A DNA stretch of 64,000 bases from an uncultured Gemmatimonadales bacterium (GCA_963798845.1 CAWCUS010000001.1:768001-832000); one strand, 5' to 3'; counted from the first letter of the stretch, positions 19,542-29,815 are shown. Notes: generated from the sequence alone by a model not told the origin. A program made the numbers and translations.

Positions 19542-21043
19542 CAGCACCGCCCTTCCAGCCACCCGCCGGTGAAGCCGGCACGGCACAGGCCGCGCACGAT
19601 GTAGGGGCTCTCGCGCATGAGGCTCCAGATCAGGCCGCTGCTGTGGTTCTCGAGCAGGAGCAGGATCGGCCCCTGATCGATCCCCAGGTACTGGTCGTCG
19701 AACCAACCCACCCCGGGGACGATCCGACCCGCGCCCACGAGCACCGACGCGTCCGTGAGCGTTGGGTTGAACGCGTCCCGGAAGCCGTACTCCCCGTAAA
19801 GGTGGCTCCCGTAGCGATGCGCCATGTCCCAGAGCGCGGGGATGGCCGCCTCCGGGGCGAACGGCACCGACCCCGCCGCCGCCGCCGGAGCCAGCGTACC
19901 GTCGTCCCGGACGGCCGTGGCGGCCGCGCCGCGCGCCCAGTAGCCATGGAACGTGCGGGTTCCACCGCCCACCGTGGCGGTCATCTCCCCAGGCCCGTCG
20001 CTCGCCGTCAGCCCCCAGCCGACGGCTCCATATCCGAGCCAGTCTCCCGGGTTGTCCGTCGCGTACCTTTGCTGCGCCAGGGCGGCGCGGCGAGAGTTCT
20101 CGAAGTAGTCGATCCCGTGCTCTTCCATGTAGGCGTCCCGGATGCCGCGGAAGTCGACCCAGACGTGGGAATACTGGTGTCCGAAGAGCGGTGCGAAGTT
20201 CACGTGGAGCTGACCGTAGTAGGACGCCCACTGGTACCCGCGCGTCCAGGCCGCCCACGCCGCGGGGTCGACCGGGTGGGTCGGTGAGCCGAGGGCCAGG
20301 ATGTACAGGATCATGGCCTCGTTGTAGCCGACCCAGTCGTACTGGCTGAACCCGGCTTCCGGAGACCATGCCAGTGCGACGAGGGGCGGGCGCGGAGAGG
20401 CCCAGTCCCATTCCACGCGCCGGTAGAGCGAGTCGGCGAGGGATCGGATCTCCACCTCATCGCCTGCATCCGCATCGAAGTACTGCTGCGCGGCCAGCAC
20501 GCCGGCCATGAGCAGCGCAGTATCGATGGTGGAGAGCTCGGTGGTGCCGTAGCGCTCCCCCATCCCCATGTCCAGGAAGTGATAGAAGAAGCCGTGATGG
20601 GAGGTCACTCCCGACGTTCCCGGACCCTCGGGCGCCGCCGCCAGGAAGCGGAGCGTGGCCAGCGCGCGCGCAGCCGCGGTGGCCCGGTCCACCCAGCCCC
20701 GCTCCACGCCGACGGGGTACGCCGTCAGCGCGAAGCCCACGGCAGCGATGCTGGCGAACGGCGGCTCCGGCCAGCGGTCGGGGGCGAGGCCGGTGGCGGC
20801 GTCGGTCGTCTGCCAGAAGTAGTCGAACGTGCGCGCCTCGATCTCGTCCAGGAACGCGGCCGTGTCGACCGCAGTGGTGTCCACGGGCGGCCCGGTCCCG
20901 CCTGCGTCGGTCCTCGAGCACGCGGCGACGCTCGAGGATGCCAGGACCGCCAGCAGCGCCAGCGTGCCCCGCCCAGGCCGGCGGGGCCGCAAGAACCGAA
21001 CGCCGCCCCCGGACGGCCCGGGGACGACGTTCTGTCGCTTCAC
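19541..21043 (-). CDS. GH144 endo-beta-1,2-glucanase ('glucoamylase' family) lipoprotein
   Basis: Lipobox VAAC; FDYFW, SIAAVGF, GFFYHFLD, ELSTIDTALL, GYNEAMILYILALGSPTHP, PLFGHQYSH, YFENSR, WGLTASDGP, YGFRDAFN, LGIDQGPI. Confidence 0.88.
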   Translation of the reverse strand: MKRQNVVPGPSGGGVRFLRPRRPGRGTLALLAVLASSSVAACSRTDAGGTGPPVDTTAVDTAAFLDEIEARTFDYFWQTTDAATGLAPDRWPEPPFASIAAVGFALTAYPVGVERGWVDRATAAARALATLRFLAAAPEGPGTSGVTSHHGFFYHFLDMGMGERYGTTELSTIDTALLMAGVLAAQQYFDADAGDEVEIRSLADSLYRRVEWDWASPRPPLVALAWSPEAGFSQYDWVGYNEAMILYILALGSPTHPVDPAAWAAWTRGYQWASYYGQLHVNFAPLFGHQYSHVWVDFRGIRDAYMEEHGIDYFENSRRAALAQQRYATDNPGDWLGYGAVGWGLTASDGPGEMTATVGGGTRTFHGYWARGAAATAVRDDGTLAPAAAAGSVPFAPEAAIPALWDMAHRYGSHLYGEYGFRDAFNPTLTDASVLVGAGRIVPGVGWFDDQYLGIDQGPILLLLENHSSGLIWSLMRESPYIVRGLCRAGFTGGWLEGRC

Positions 21044-21068
21044 GATCCGGCTGCGGCATCCCGCCGCA

Positions 21069-22980
21069 TCAGTAGCCGGGATTCTGCGTCAGTCCCGCGA
21101 TGGTCACCTCACCCGCCGGGATCGGGAACAGGGTGTTCCGATCGGCGAACGAGAATGGGCGTGCACCCGGCCGGGAGAGCCCGGTCCGCGCAGGTGAGGG
21201 ACTCCATCACCTGCGCCGCCCGCCCCTGACGGACGATGTCGAAGAAACGGTGCTGCTCCATGGCCAGCTCGGACCGGCGCTCGTGCCAGATCGCGTCCAG
21301 AAGGCCCTGACCCGCGGCGTTCACGTCCGGCAGCAGCGCCACCACGGGCACCTCCACGGACATGGGCGTCGCGCTCGGCGACCCCCCGGTCGGATCCATC
21401 ACGCGCATGAAGTTCACCGTCGCGGTGCCGCCCGCCGACAGGCTCTCCACCGCGTTCACGTACGACGCCATGTCCGTGATCGGCATCCCTTCCACCGACG
21501 TGATCACGTCCATGGTGTCCACCTGCACCGGGATCGGCGACAGGGCGCCGTTGTTCGTCGAGGCGAAGCTGCGCAGCCCGGCCGCGTACGCCTGCGTGGT
21601 CGGGTTCACGAACCGGACGAAGACCCTGCTGTCGGTGGACAGGCCCAGCTCCGATGCGATGTCGTTCGCCAGCGTCTCAGGCTGGAAGCCCAGCGTCACC
21701 GTGCGGCTCCCCCTCGCCCGCTGGCGCACCATGTTCAGCCACATCTGCGCCTGACCGTCGTTGCCCGTGCGCTGCGCCGCTTCCGCCCCGATCAGCAGCA
21801 CGTCCGCGTACCGGATCAGGCGGATGTTCACCCCGCTGTTCCCGTTGCCGCCCGGGTTGCTCACCGACTGCGCCACCTTCTGATTGTACCGGTTGTTCAG
21901 CATGTTCGGGTTCTTGTAGACCACCAGCCCGCTGCCGTCCGGGAGAAGCTCCCACGGGTACATGATGGTGGCCTCGAGACGCGGGTCCCCCGGCTCGTAC
22001 GACGACTCCAGACCCGGCGCCGGCGTATTGAAGCCCCACCCGAGGTTCGGCGTCCCGCGCACGCCCTGCACCTCCGCGTACTGCGAAGCGCCGCCGGACG
22101 GGCCGTTGTTGCCGCCCTCCAGCGCGATGGTCTGCACGGAAAACACCGACTCCGACGAGTTCTCGCCCGCTGGCGAGAAGATCCCGGCATAGCTCGGGTA
22201 GAGCGAATACTCGCCGGAGCTGATCACCGCCTGCGCCTGCGTGAGCGCTTCCTGGTACTTCCCTTCGTACAGGTACACCTTCGCCAGCAGCGCCTGCGCC
22301 GCCCCCTTCGTGGCCCGGCCCATGTCCGCGGCGCTGTAGGCGGAACGAACCGGCAGCGCGTCAATGGCGTCCAGCAGGTCCTGCTCGATCTGCGCGTACA
22401 CCGCTTCCGCCGTGGCCCGGTCCTGGTAGTACTCTCCCGGCTTGAGCGGCGCCGTGATCAGCGGCACGCCGCCGAACGAGCGCACGAGGAAGAAGTAGTA
22501 ATAGGCGCGCAGGAACTCGTTCTCGGCGACGAGACGCGCGCGCAGCGTCGCGTCCATGTCGATGTTCGGTATGTTCTGGATCGCCACGTTCGCCCGGTAG
22601 ATCCCCTGGTAGTAGCCCTGCCAGGTGTCGTTGAACGCGCCGTTTCCGGGGTCGAACACGATGGCGTCCAGCTCGCCCAGGAACCCGGCGTCGGACGGCG
22701 TGCTCCCCTTCGTCGCGTCGTCCGAGGTGATGTCGGTCATCCCGAGATAGGCGAAGACATGCACCTGCCAGTTCCGCAGCATGGCGTAGGTGGCGTTCGT
22801 AGCCTCCTTCGCCTGGTCCGCCGTGGTGAAGAAGTTCTCCGTGGTCAGCTGCCCCTTCGGCTCGGTCGTGAGGAAGTCGCTGCAGCCGACGAGGCCGAGG
22901 ACGACGACGAGGGGCAGCGCCCGCCGCATCAGCATCCTCCTCGACCCGCGGGTCCCGCCAATTCGATCGTTCATGGTCAT
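21069..22980 (-). CDS. susD: RagB/SusD family glycan-binding outer-membrane lipoprotein with inserted PDZ-like domain; one-base frameshift near 21155
   Basis: Lipobox LVGCSDFL; FLRAYYYF.LV..FGGVP; GRATKGAAQALLAKVYL; RYADVLL; ERRSELAME..RFFD. The canonical C-terminus FPIP..E...LTQNPGY* lies in the adjacent frame ending at 21069. Confidence 0.88.
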
Positions 22981-22999
22981 CACCTTGCGCGGTTCGAGT

Positions 23000-25900
23000 T
23001 CAGAACGTCAGGTCGAGGCCGACCGTCAGGATCCGCGAGGGCGGGTACACGCCGCCGAACGTGTCGATCCCGCTGGCGATCACGCTCCCGTTGGCATTCG
23101 TGACCTCGGGCGTGTAGCCGCTGTAGTCCGTCCACGCGAACAGGTTGGTGGCGCTCACGTAGATTCGCGCCATGTCCACGCCCATCCGCTGCGACATCTC
23201 CTGCGGCACGCGGTAGCCCAGTCTGGCGCTGTGCACCTTCAGGAAGGACCCGTTCTCGATCCAGCGGTCCGATGACTGGTAGTTGTGCCCGGCGTTCGTG
23301 ATGCGCGGCTCCGTGTTGCTCGTCCCCTGCCCGGTCCAGCGGTCGAGGAAGCTCGTCTCGAAGTTGTCGACGCCGAAGCGCACGGACTTCTTCGCGTTGT
23401 AGACCTCGTTCCCCGCCTGCCCGCTCAGCCCGAACCCGAAGTCGAAGGAGCCCAGCTTGATGTTCGCGTCGAAGCCGTAGATCACGTCGGGGATCGGAGA
23501 GCCGATGTACGTCATGTCCTCCGTGTTGATCACGCCGTCCCCGTTCAGGTCCGCGTACTTCAGGTCCCCGGGGTGCTCCACGCCGCGGTTCGGAGAGCTG
23601 TTGATCTCCTCCTGAGTCTGGAACACGCCCGCCACCTTGTAGCCCCAGAACGAGCCGATCGGGTGACCCACCTCGGTCTTCGTCGTGTACGGGATCTCGT
23701 TGATCAGAGCCCCGCCGAAGATCTCCTCCCGTCCCTGGCCCAGCGCCAGGACCTCGTTCTTCACCGTGGACCCGTTCCCCGACAGCTCCAGCGTCACTCC
23801 GCCCACGTGGCCAAACCACGTCAGCGTCCCCTCCACGCCGGAGTTCCGAACCTTCGCCGCGTTCACCGTCGGCTCGGTGTTCACTCCCACGTACTTCGGG
23901 ATCGGCACCTGCACCAGGATCCCGTCCGTGGTCCGGTTGTAGTAGTCCACAGTCCCTTCGATCCGGCCGCGGAAGAGCGCGGCGTCCACGCCCACGTTCG
24001 TCTGCGTCGTCGTCTCCCACTTCACCTGCGGGTTTGCCAGCGCCACGGGCGCGGCCCCGATCACGAGCTGATCGCCCAGCACGTAGTTCAGGTTGCCCGT
24101 CACCTGCGCCACGGCCGGGTAGGCTCCGATCTTGTCATTGCCGATCTGCCCCCAGCTGGCCCGGAGCTTCAGGGCGGAAATGGCGTCCATTCCCTTGAGG
24201 AAGTCCTCCTGCGCCAGGTCCCAGCCCAACGCGAGCGACGGGAACCAGCCGTAGCGGTTGTCCGGGCCGAACCGCGACGAGCCGTCCACGCGCAGCGATC
24301 CGGTGAACAGGTACCGGTCCATGAGCGTGTAGTTCGCCCGGAACAGGTACGACAGCATCTTCCAGTCGTACGCGGAATTGAAGTTCGTCTGCCCGGCCTG
24401 CGAGCCGGCGTTCAGGTACCACAGGCTCTGGTCCGAGCCGGCGATGTCCACGCGGGCGCCGCCCACGTCCTCGTAGGAGTACGACTGCGCCGTGATCCCG
24501 CCCAGCAGCGTCAGCCGGTGCACGTCCGAGAGATAGTTCCAGGTGAGCGTGTTCTCCCACAGCCAGTCGTCCGTGTTGTTGAAGCGGACGTTCAGGTCGG
24601 ACTGCGTGTTCTGCTGCGTCGGGGAGACCACGTAGACCGGCACGAACGTGCGCTCGTCGTAGCGGTCGTAGTCCAGCCCGAAGCTCGTGCGGAACGTGAA
24701 GTTGTCCAGGAAATGCGCCTCCCCGTACACGTTCCCCACCAGACGCTGTGAGCCAGCCTGGTTGTTCGTGTAGAAGACCGTCGCCGCCGGGTTCCCCGCC
24801 GAGGACAGCGTCATCGGGTTGAACTCCCCGTCCGCCCCCCGCGGCGCGACCGTCGGCGCCGCCTGGTAGACCTGCGACAGCACGTTCGGCGCGATCTGGT
24901 TGTGTGTGTTCGAGAAGTTGAGGTTGTGCCCGATCGTGATCGCGTCCGACAGTCGGTAGTCGTTGTTCAGCCGCAGCGTCACCCGGTCGAACGTCGAGTG
25001 TGGCACCACGCCCGCCTGCTTGATGTAGTTGCCGCTGAAGTAGTACGTGATCCGGTCGGATCCCCCCGACGCGGTGAGCTGGTAGTTCTGGATCGGCGCC
25101 GAACGGAAGATCTGGTCCTGCCAGTTCGTGCTGGGCCCGCTGTACCCGTTCGGGAACGGCAGCGGGTTCCCCTCGTTCGCCGCCAGCTCGTTCGCCAGCT
25201 GCGCGTACTGCTCCGCGTTCGCAAGGTCGATCCGGTGCAGCACGCTCTGCGTGCCCGCGTACGCGTTCACACGGTACGTCGTGCCGCGCGATTCACTCCC
25301 CTTCTTGGTCGTGATCAGCACCACGCCGTTCGCGCCCCGCGACCCGTAGATCGCCGTGGCCGACGCGTCCTTCAGCACCTCCACCGACGCCACGTCCTCG
25401 GGCGTCAGGAAGTCGATGTCATCCACGAACATCCCGTCCACCACGTACAGCGGCGAAGCGTCGTTGAGGGTGCCGATCCCCCGGATCCGCACCACCGCCC
25501 CGGCCCCCGGCTCCCCCGACGTGGGCGTCACCTGCACCCCCGCCACCTTCCCCTGCAGCGACGCCACCACGCTCGGCGTGGCCACCTCCGTCACCTCGCT
25601 CCCCTCCACCGTGGAAACCGAGCCGGTGACGTCCCGCTTCTGCTGCGAGCCGTACCCCGTAACCACGATCTGGTCGAGGGCGACCGCCGACACCTCCAGC
25701 GCCACGCTCACCTCCGCCTGCCCGTTGATCGGCACCTCCCGCTCCGCGTATCCGATCAGCGAGAACACCAGCGTATCGCTCGCGCTCGGCACCCGGAGCG
25801 TGTACTGCCCCTGCCCGTTCGTCAGCACGCCGATCGGTGTTCCTTTCACGATCACGTTGGCGCCCGGCAGCGGCTGCCCGTTCTCCGCCGAGGTCACGGT

Positions 25901-26047
25901 CCCCACGATCCGCGCCTGCTGCGCCCCTGCGGGCTGAGTCGCCAGCAGCAGCGCCAGCAACGTCGGCCCGAGCCCCGCCCACCATCGGCCTCGCGCCCCG
26001 CGCGACGGCCGCGCCATGCCTGGCGCCCTCCGGACTTCCATGGTCAT
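23000..26047 (-). CDS. susC: SusC/RagA family TonB-dependent outer-membrane transporter
   Basis: Signal peptide; CarboxypepD_reg-like N-domain; VVTGYG; plug PLYVVDG...EVLKDASATAIYGSRGANGVVLITTK; DGSSRFG; LKLRASWG; PGDLKYADLNGDG; C-terminal Phe. Confidence 0.95.
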   Translation of the reverse strand: MTMEVRRAPGMARPSRGARGRWWAGLGPTLLALLLATQPAGAQQARIVGTVTSAENGQPLPGANVIVKGTPIGVLTNGQGQYTLRVPSASDTLVFSLIGYAEREVPINGQAEVSVALEVSAVALDQIVVTGYGSQQKRDVTGSVSTVEGSEVTEVATPSVVASLQGKVAGVQVTPTSGEPGAGAVVRIRGIGTLNDASPLYVVDGMFVDDIDFLTPEDVASVEVLKDASATAIYGSRGANGVVLITTKKGSESRGTTYRVNAYAGTQSVLHRIDLANAEQYAQLANELAANEGNPLPFPNGYSGPSTNWQDQIFRSAPIQNYQLTASGGSDRITYYFSGNYIKQAGVVPHSTFDRVTLRLNNDYRLSDAITIGHNLNFSNTHNQIAPNVLSQVYQAAPTVAPRGADGEFNPMTLSSAGNPAATVFYTNNQAGSQRLVGNVYGEAHFLDNFTFRTSFGLDYDRYDERTFVPVYVVSPTQQNTQSDLNVRFNNTDDWLWENTLTWNYLSDVHRLTLLGGITAQSYSYEDVGGARVDIAGSDQSLWYLNAGSQAGQTNFNSAYDWKMLSYLFRANYTLMDRYLFTGSLRVDGSSRFGPDNRYGWFPSLALGWDLAQEDFLKGMDAISALKLRASWGQIGNDKIGAYPAVAQVTGNLNYVLGDQLVIGAAPVALANPQVKWETTTQTNVGVDAALFRGRIEGTVDYYNRTTDGILVQVPIPKYVGVNTEPTVNAAKVRNSGVEGTLTWFGHVGGVTLELSGNGSTVKNEVLALGQGREEIFGGALINEIPYTTKTEVGHPIGSFWGYKVAGVFQTQEEINSSPNRGVEHPGDLKYADLNGDGVINTEDMTYIGSPIPDVIYGFDANIKLGSFDFGFGLSGQAGNEVYNAKKSVRFGVDNFETSFLDRWTGQGTSNTEPRITNAGHNYQSSDRWIENGSFLKVHSARLGYRVPQEMSQRMGVDMARIYVSATNLFAWTDYSGYTPEVTNANGSVIASGIDTFGGVYPPSRILTVGLDLTF

Positions 26048-26126
26048 TGCGTCCATCTCCTGCTCTGGATGGTGTGAAATGGCCCCACCCCGCCCGATCA
26101 CCCCTGCCGCTGCGGGCGCCAACCCG

Positions 26127-27128
26127 TCACCTCGCTCCGCACGAGCGGCGGATCACCAGCGTCGTCTCCACCACCTCGTGACGCGGCTTCCGCAACCCCC
26201 CTCCCTCCAGCGCCGACAGCAGCAGCGCCACGGCTCGCTCCCCTACTCCCGTCAGGTCCACGTGCACCGTCGACAGCGGCGGCGTCACGTATCTCGCCGT
26301 CGGTATGTCGTCGAATCCCGCCACCGCTATGTCACCTGGCACACGGAATCCCGCCTCCTGCAACGCGCTCAGCGCGCCCACTGCCATCGAGTCGTTCGCC
26401 GCGAACAGCGCCGTCGGCGCCCGCTCCAGCGCCACCAGCCGCCGCGCCGCCTCGTATCCGCCGGACTTCGTGAAGTCCGACACCACCTGCCACTCCCCCC
26501 GACCCTCCAGCCCCGCATCCGCCAGCCCCTGCCGGTATCCGGCCTGCCGCTCCGCCGCATCGTGGTTCGACGGGTCCCCACCGATCAGGGCGATCCGCTC
26601 GTGCCCCAGCAACGCCAGGTGCCGGACCATCCCCTTCGCCCCCCCGAAGTTGTCCACGTTCAGCGTCGCGAACCGCCCATCCACAGGCGCCGAACTCACC
26701 AGCACCGCCGCCAGCGACACCGGAACCACCCGCTCCAGCTCCGCCGGCCCCATCTCCGGAGACATCAGGATCAGACCGTCCACCCGACCCCGCATCGCAC
26801 CCAGCGCCGCCGACACATCCGCTCGCGCCGCGTGCGACCCCGACAGTATCAGGTGGTAGCCCGCGGCCCGCGTCGCAGTGTCGATCCCCCGGATCACTTC
26901 CGAGAAAAACTCCCCGTACAGGTCCGGCAGGATCACCCCCACGTTCGTCGTCCGCCGCGTGCTCAGACTCCGAGCCGCCCCGTGGGGCGTATACCGCAGC
27001 GTCGAAGCCGCCTGCTCCACCCGCACCCGCGCAGACTCGCTCACCGGCCCGCTCCCGTTCAGAACGCGCGACACGGTCGCTACGGATACACCGGCCTCCC
27101 GCGCGACATCCCGAATGGTGGCGGTCAC
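26127..27128 (-). CDS. LacI family transcriptional regulator
   Basis: TIRDVAREAGVSVATVSRVLN helix-turn-helix; NDSMA.G; VAGFDD; PPLSTV. Confidence 0.96.
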   Translation of the reverse strand: MTATIRDVAREAGVSVATVSRVLNGSGPVSESARVRVEQAASTLRYTPHGAARSLSTRRTTNVGVILPDLYGEFFSEVIRGIDTATRAAGYHLILSGSHAARADVSAALGAMRGRVDGLILMSPEMGPAELERVVPVSLAAVLVSSAPVDGRFATLNVDNFGGAKGMVRHLALLGHERIALIGGDPSNHDAAERQAGYRQGLADAGLEGRGEWQVVSDFTKSGGYEAARRLVALERAPTALFAANDSMAVGALSALQEAGFRVPGDIAVAGFDDIPTARYVTPPLSTVHVDLTGVGERAVALLLSALEGGGLRKPRHEVVETTLVIRRSCGAR

Positions 27129-27152
27129 GGCAACGGCGGGGCTCGAGGTTCA

Positions 27153-27201
27153 TGTAAACGTTTTCAGAAAACGGTTACAGCACGGCCGCTCACCCTGTCA
27201 A
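27153..27201 (-). promoter_or_regulatory. lacI-susCD promoter with tandem LacI-type operators
   Basis: TGTAAACGTTTTCA (27153-27166) and AGAAAACGGTTACA (27166-27179) fit the LacI-family WGNAANCGNTTNCW pattern; perfect TTGACA on the minus strand at 27201-27196. Confidence 0.75.
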
Positions 27202-27343
27202 GAGCCACGTTCCCGGGCCCCTCCGACGCGGCCCCGCCGCTCCGCCACCGCCTCTCGACCGCCGACCGGGACGTGCAGCCCGCCACCCGCCGCCGGCCGG
27301 CCACCGTGGCGGCGGCCACGCCACGGCCCTACCCTGCATTCTC

Positions 27344-29170
27344 ATGCGCACCCGAATCCTCCCGAACCTCGTGCTCGTCGCGGCCTCCGCGGCCTGGTCG
27401 CCGGTGGTCGCGCAGTCGGCCGCCCCGCGGACGTACGCCAACCCGGTGGACCTGGACTACCGCTACAGCCTTCCGCGCGAAGGGGAAGGGAGGTCGTTCC
27501 GGTCCGGGGCGGATCCGGTGATCGTGCGTCAGGGCGAGGACTACTACCTGTTCGTGACGCGCTCGGGCGGGTGGTGGCACTCGAAGGACCTGGCGGACTG
27601 GCAGTTCGTGGAGCCGAGCCTGTGGCCGGAGGACGGCATCGTCGCGCCGGCGGCGCTGTCGGTGCGGGACACGCTGTACCTGATGGCGTCGGCGACGTCG
27701 CCGCACCCGATCTACTTTTCGACGTCGCCGTCGTCGGGGGCACTCGAGATCTACAATCCGGCGCTGGCCTCGCCGCCCGGGATGCTGACGGTGACGGAGG
27801 AGCAGGCGGAGCCGGGCCCGACGCCCGGGGCGATCCCCCCCGGCCCGTGGGACCCCGACATCTTCCATGACCCGGACACCGACCGCTGGTACCTGTACTG
27901 GGGGTCGTCGAACTACTACCCGGTGTACGGCGTGTCGCTGGACAAGTCGCGGCGCCTGGCGACAGGGGACAGCGTTCGCGCGTTGTTCGCGCTGGACCCG
28001 GATCGGCACGGGTGGGAGCGGTTCGGGGAGAACCACACCGACCCGCGGGCGCCGTTCGTGGAGGGGTCGTGGATGACGAAGCACGGCGGCCGCTACTACC
28101 TCCAGTACGCGGCCCCCGGGACGGAGTACAACGTGTACGCGAACGGAACGTACGTGGGCGATGCGCCGCTTGGGCCGTTCGAGTACGCGCCGTACAACCC
28201 GGTCGCGTACAAGCCGGGCGGCTGGCTGACGGGGGCGGGGCACGGCAACACGTTCCAGGACGCCCACGGCAACTGGTGGAACACGGGGACGGGGTGGATC
28301 GGGATCAACTGGCACTTCGAGCGGCGCGTGGTGATGCACCCGGCCGGGTTCGACGAGGACGGGCAGATGTACGTGGACACCCGCTTCGGCGACTTTCCCC
28401 ACTGGATCCCGGATCGCCTTTGGAGCGACAGCTCCACGTTCACCGGGTGGATGCTCCTCTCCTACCGCAAGCCGGCGCGGGCGACGTCGGCGCTCGACAC
28501 CTTTCCGGCCTCGAACCTGACCGACGAGGACCCCCGCACGTTCTGGGTTGCCGAGCAAAACGCGGCGGGGGAGGGCGTGATGCTGGACCTGGAGCACGCG
28601 CGCATGGTGCGGGCCGTGCAGGTCGACTTCGTCGATTACCGGTCGGACATCTTCGCGGGCGACTCCACGTCCGCGGCCAGGTTCCGGATCCTCGCCTCGA
28701 TGGACCGCGTGCAGTGGACGACCATCGCCGACCTGAGCCACGAGACGCGCGACCGGGCCAACCCGTACATCGAGCTGCGGGAGCCGATGCGCGCCCGCTG
28801 GATCCGCTATGAGCACATCCGCTCGCCGACCGCGTACCTCGCCATCAGCGACATCCGCGTCTTCGGCAACGGAGACGGGCCCCCGCCACCGGCGCCCGCG
28901 CACGTCGACGCCCGCCGGGACGCCGACCCGCGCAACGCGTTCGTCACATGGGACGAGGTTCCCGGAGCCGTGGGCTACAACGTGCTCTGGGGGATCGCGC
29001 CCGACCGGCTGCACGAGACGTATCAGCGGTTCGCCGACCAGCCGCAGCCGCTGGAGATCCGGGCGCTGACCGTCGGTCAGGACTACTGGTTCGCCGTGGA
29101 GGCGTTCGACGAGAACGGCGTTTCGACCACGACCGGGCCGGTGCACGTGCCGGCTGCGGCCGGCCGGTAG
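27344..29170 (+). CDS. Secreted GH43 family hydrolase with F5/8 type C (CBM32-like) and FN3 domains
   Basis: Signal peptide; YANPVDLDY, GADPVI, WDPDIF.D, FVEGSW, GAGHG beta-propeller motifs; LTDEDPRTFW...LDL...ARWIR discoidin; VTW..VPGA.GYNV FN3. Confidence 0.85.
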   Translation: MRTRILPNLVLVAASAAWSPVVAQSAAPRTYANPVDLDYRYSLPREGEGRSFRSGADPVIVRQGEDYYLFVTRSGGWWHSKDLADWQFVEPSLWPEDGIVAPAALSVRDTLYLMASATSPHPIYFSTSPSSGALEIYNPALASPPGMLTVTEEQAEPGPTPGAIPPGPWDPDIFHDPDTDRWYLYWGSSNYYPVYGVSLDKSRRLATGDSVRALFALDPDRHGWERFGENHTDPRAPFVEGSWMTKHGGRYYLQYAAPGTEYNVYANGTYVGDAPLGPFEYAPYNPVAYKPGGWLTGAGHGNTFQDAHGNWWNTGTGWIGINWHFERRVVMHPAGFDEDGQMYVDTRFGDFPHWIPDRLWSDSSTFTGWMLLSYRKPARATSALDTFPASNLTDEDPRTFWVAEQNAAGEGVMLDLEHARMVRAVQVDFVDYRSDIFAGDSTSAARFRILASMDRVQWTTIADLSHETRDRANPYIELREPMRARWIRYEHIRSPTAYLAISDIRVFGNGDGPPPPAPAHVDARRDADPRNAFVTWDEVPGAVGYNVLWGIAPDRLHETYQRFADQPQPLEIRALTVGQDYWFAVEAFDENGVSTTTGPVHVPAAAGR

Positions 29171-29234
29171 CGGGCCGCAGCGGCCCTCTCGGGGGCGAGC
29201 GTCGCGGTGCCCGCGCGCGTCGCGGTGCCCGCGC

Positions 29235-29699
29235 TCAGGTGCCGCCGGCGTGGCCGCGCTTGGTCGTGATCAGCACCACTCCCGCCGCGCCGCGCACGCC
29301 GTACGGGGCCGTCTCGCTGATGTCCTTGAGGACGCGGATGGTGGCGATGTCGCCGGGATTGAGCCAGTCGAGCCCGCGTCCCGGCGCGGTGTGGATCGGA
29401 AGGCCGTCCACGACGTACAGGGGGTCGCGGTCACCGGCCTGGGTGCCCGGAGGCCACACGCGCACGGCGATGCCGCCGCCCGGCAGCTGGATCACCCGCA
29501 CCCCGGGGAAGTGCCCCTCCATGAGCTGTTCGACGCGCACGGCGGAGCTGCTGCGCGTCTCCATGGTGTCCACGACGACTCCCCGGGAGGCCACCTCCTC
29601 CGCGTTGCCATCCCCGCGGGTGGCCCGGTTGTGACACGCAGTCACGAGCAGGACCGCGCCGATCGCCGTCGCAGCCGAAACCGAGACGCTTCGATCCAT
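29235..29699 (-). CDS. Small lipoprotein consisting only of a TonB-dependent receptor plug domain
   Basis: SD GGAGG; lipobox VTAC; PGV.V, PLYVVDG, LNPGDIATIRVLKD...YGVRGAAGVVLITTK followed directly by a stop, with no barrel. Confidence 0.82.
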   Translation of the reverse strand: MDRSVSVSAATAIGAVLLVTACHNRATRGDGNAEEVASRGVVVDTMETRSSSAVRVEQLMEGHFPGVRVIQLPGGGIAVRVWPPGTQAGDRDPLYVVDGLPIHTAPGRGLDWLNPGDIATIRVLKDISETAPYGVRGAAGVVLITTKRGHAGGT

Positions 29700-29815
29700 C
29701 GGGACCTCCAGGCGGGAGAGACGAGCGGGGAGCGCGATCGTGTCGCGGCACTCTCTCCAATCTAAACGTCTCGGACGTGTCATCCGATACGGTGCAGGCG
29801 CGCGCGGGGATGCGA

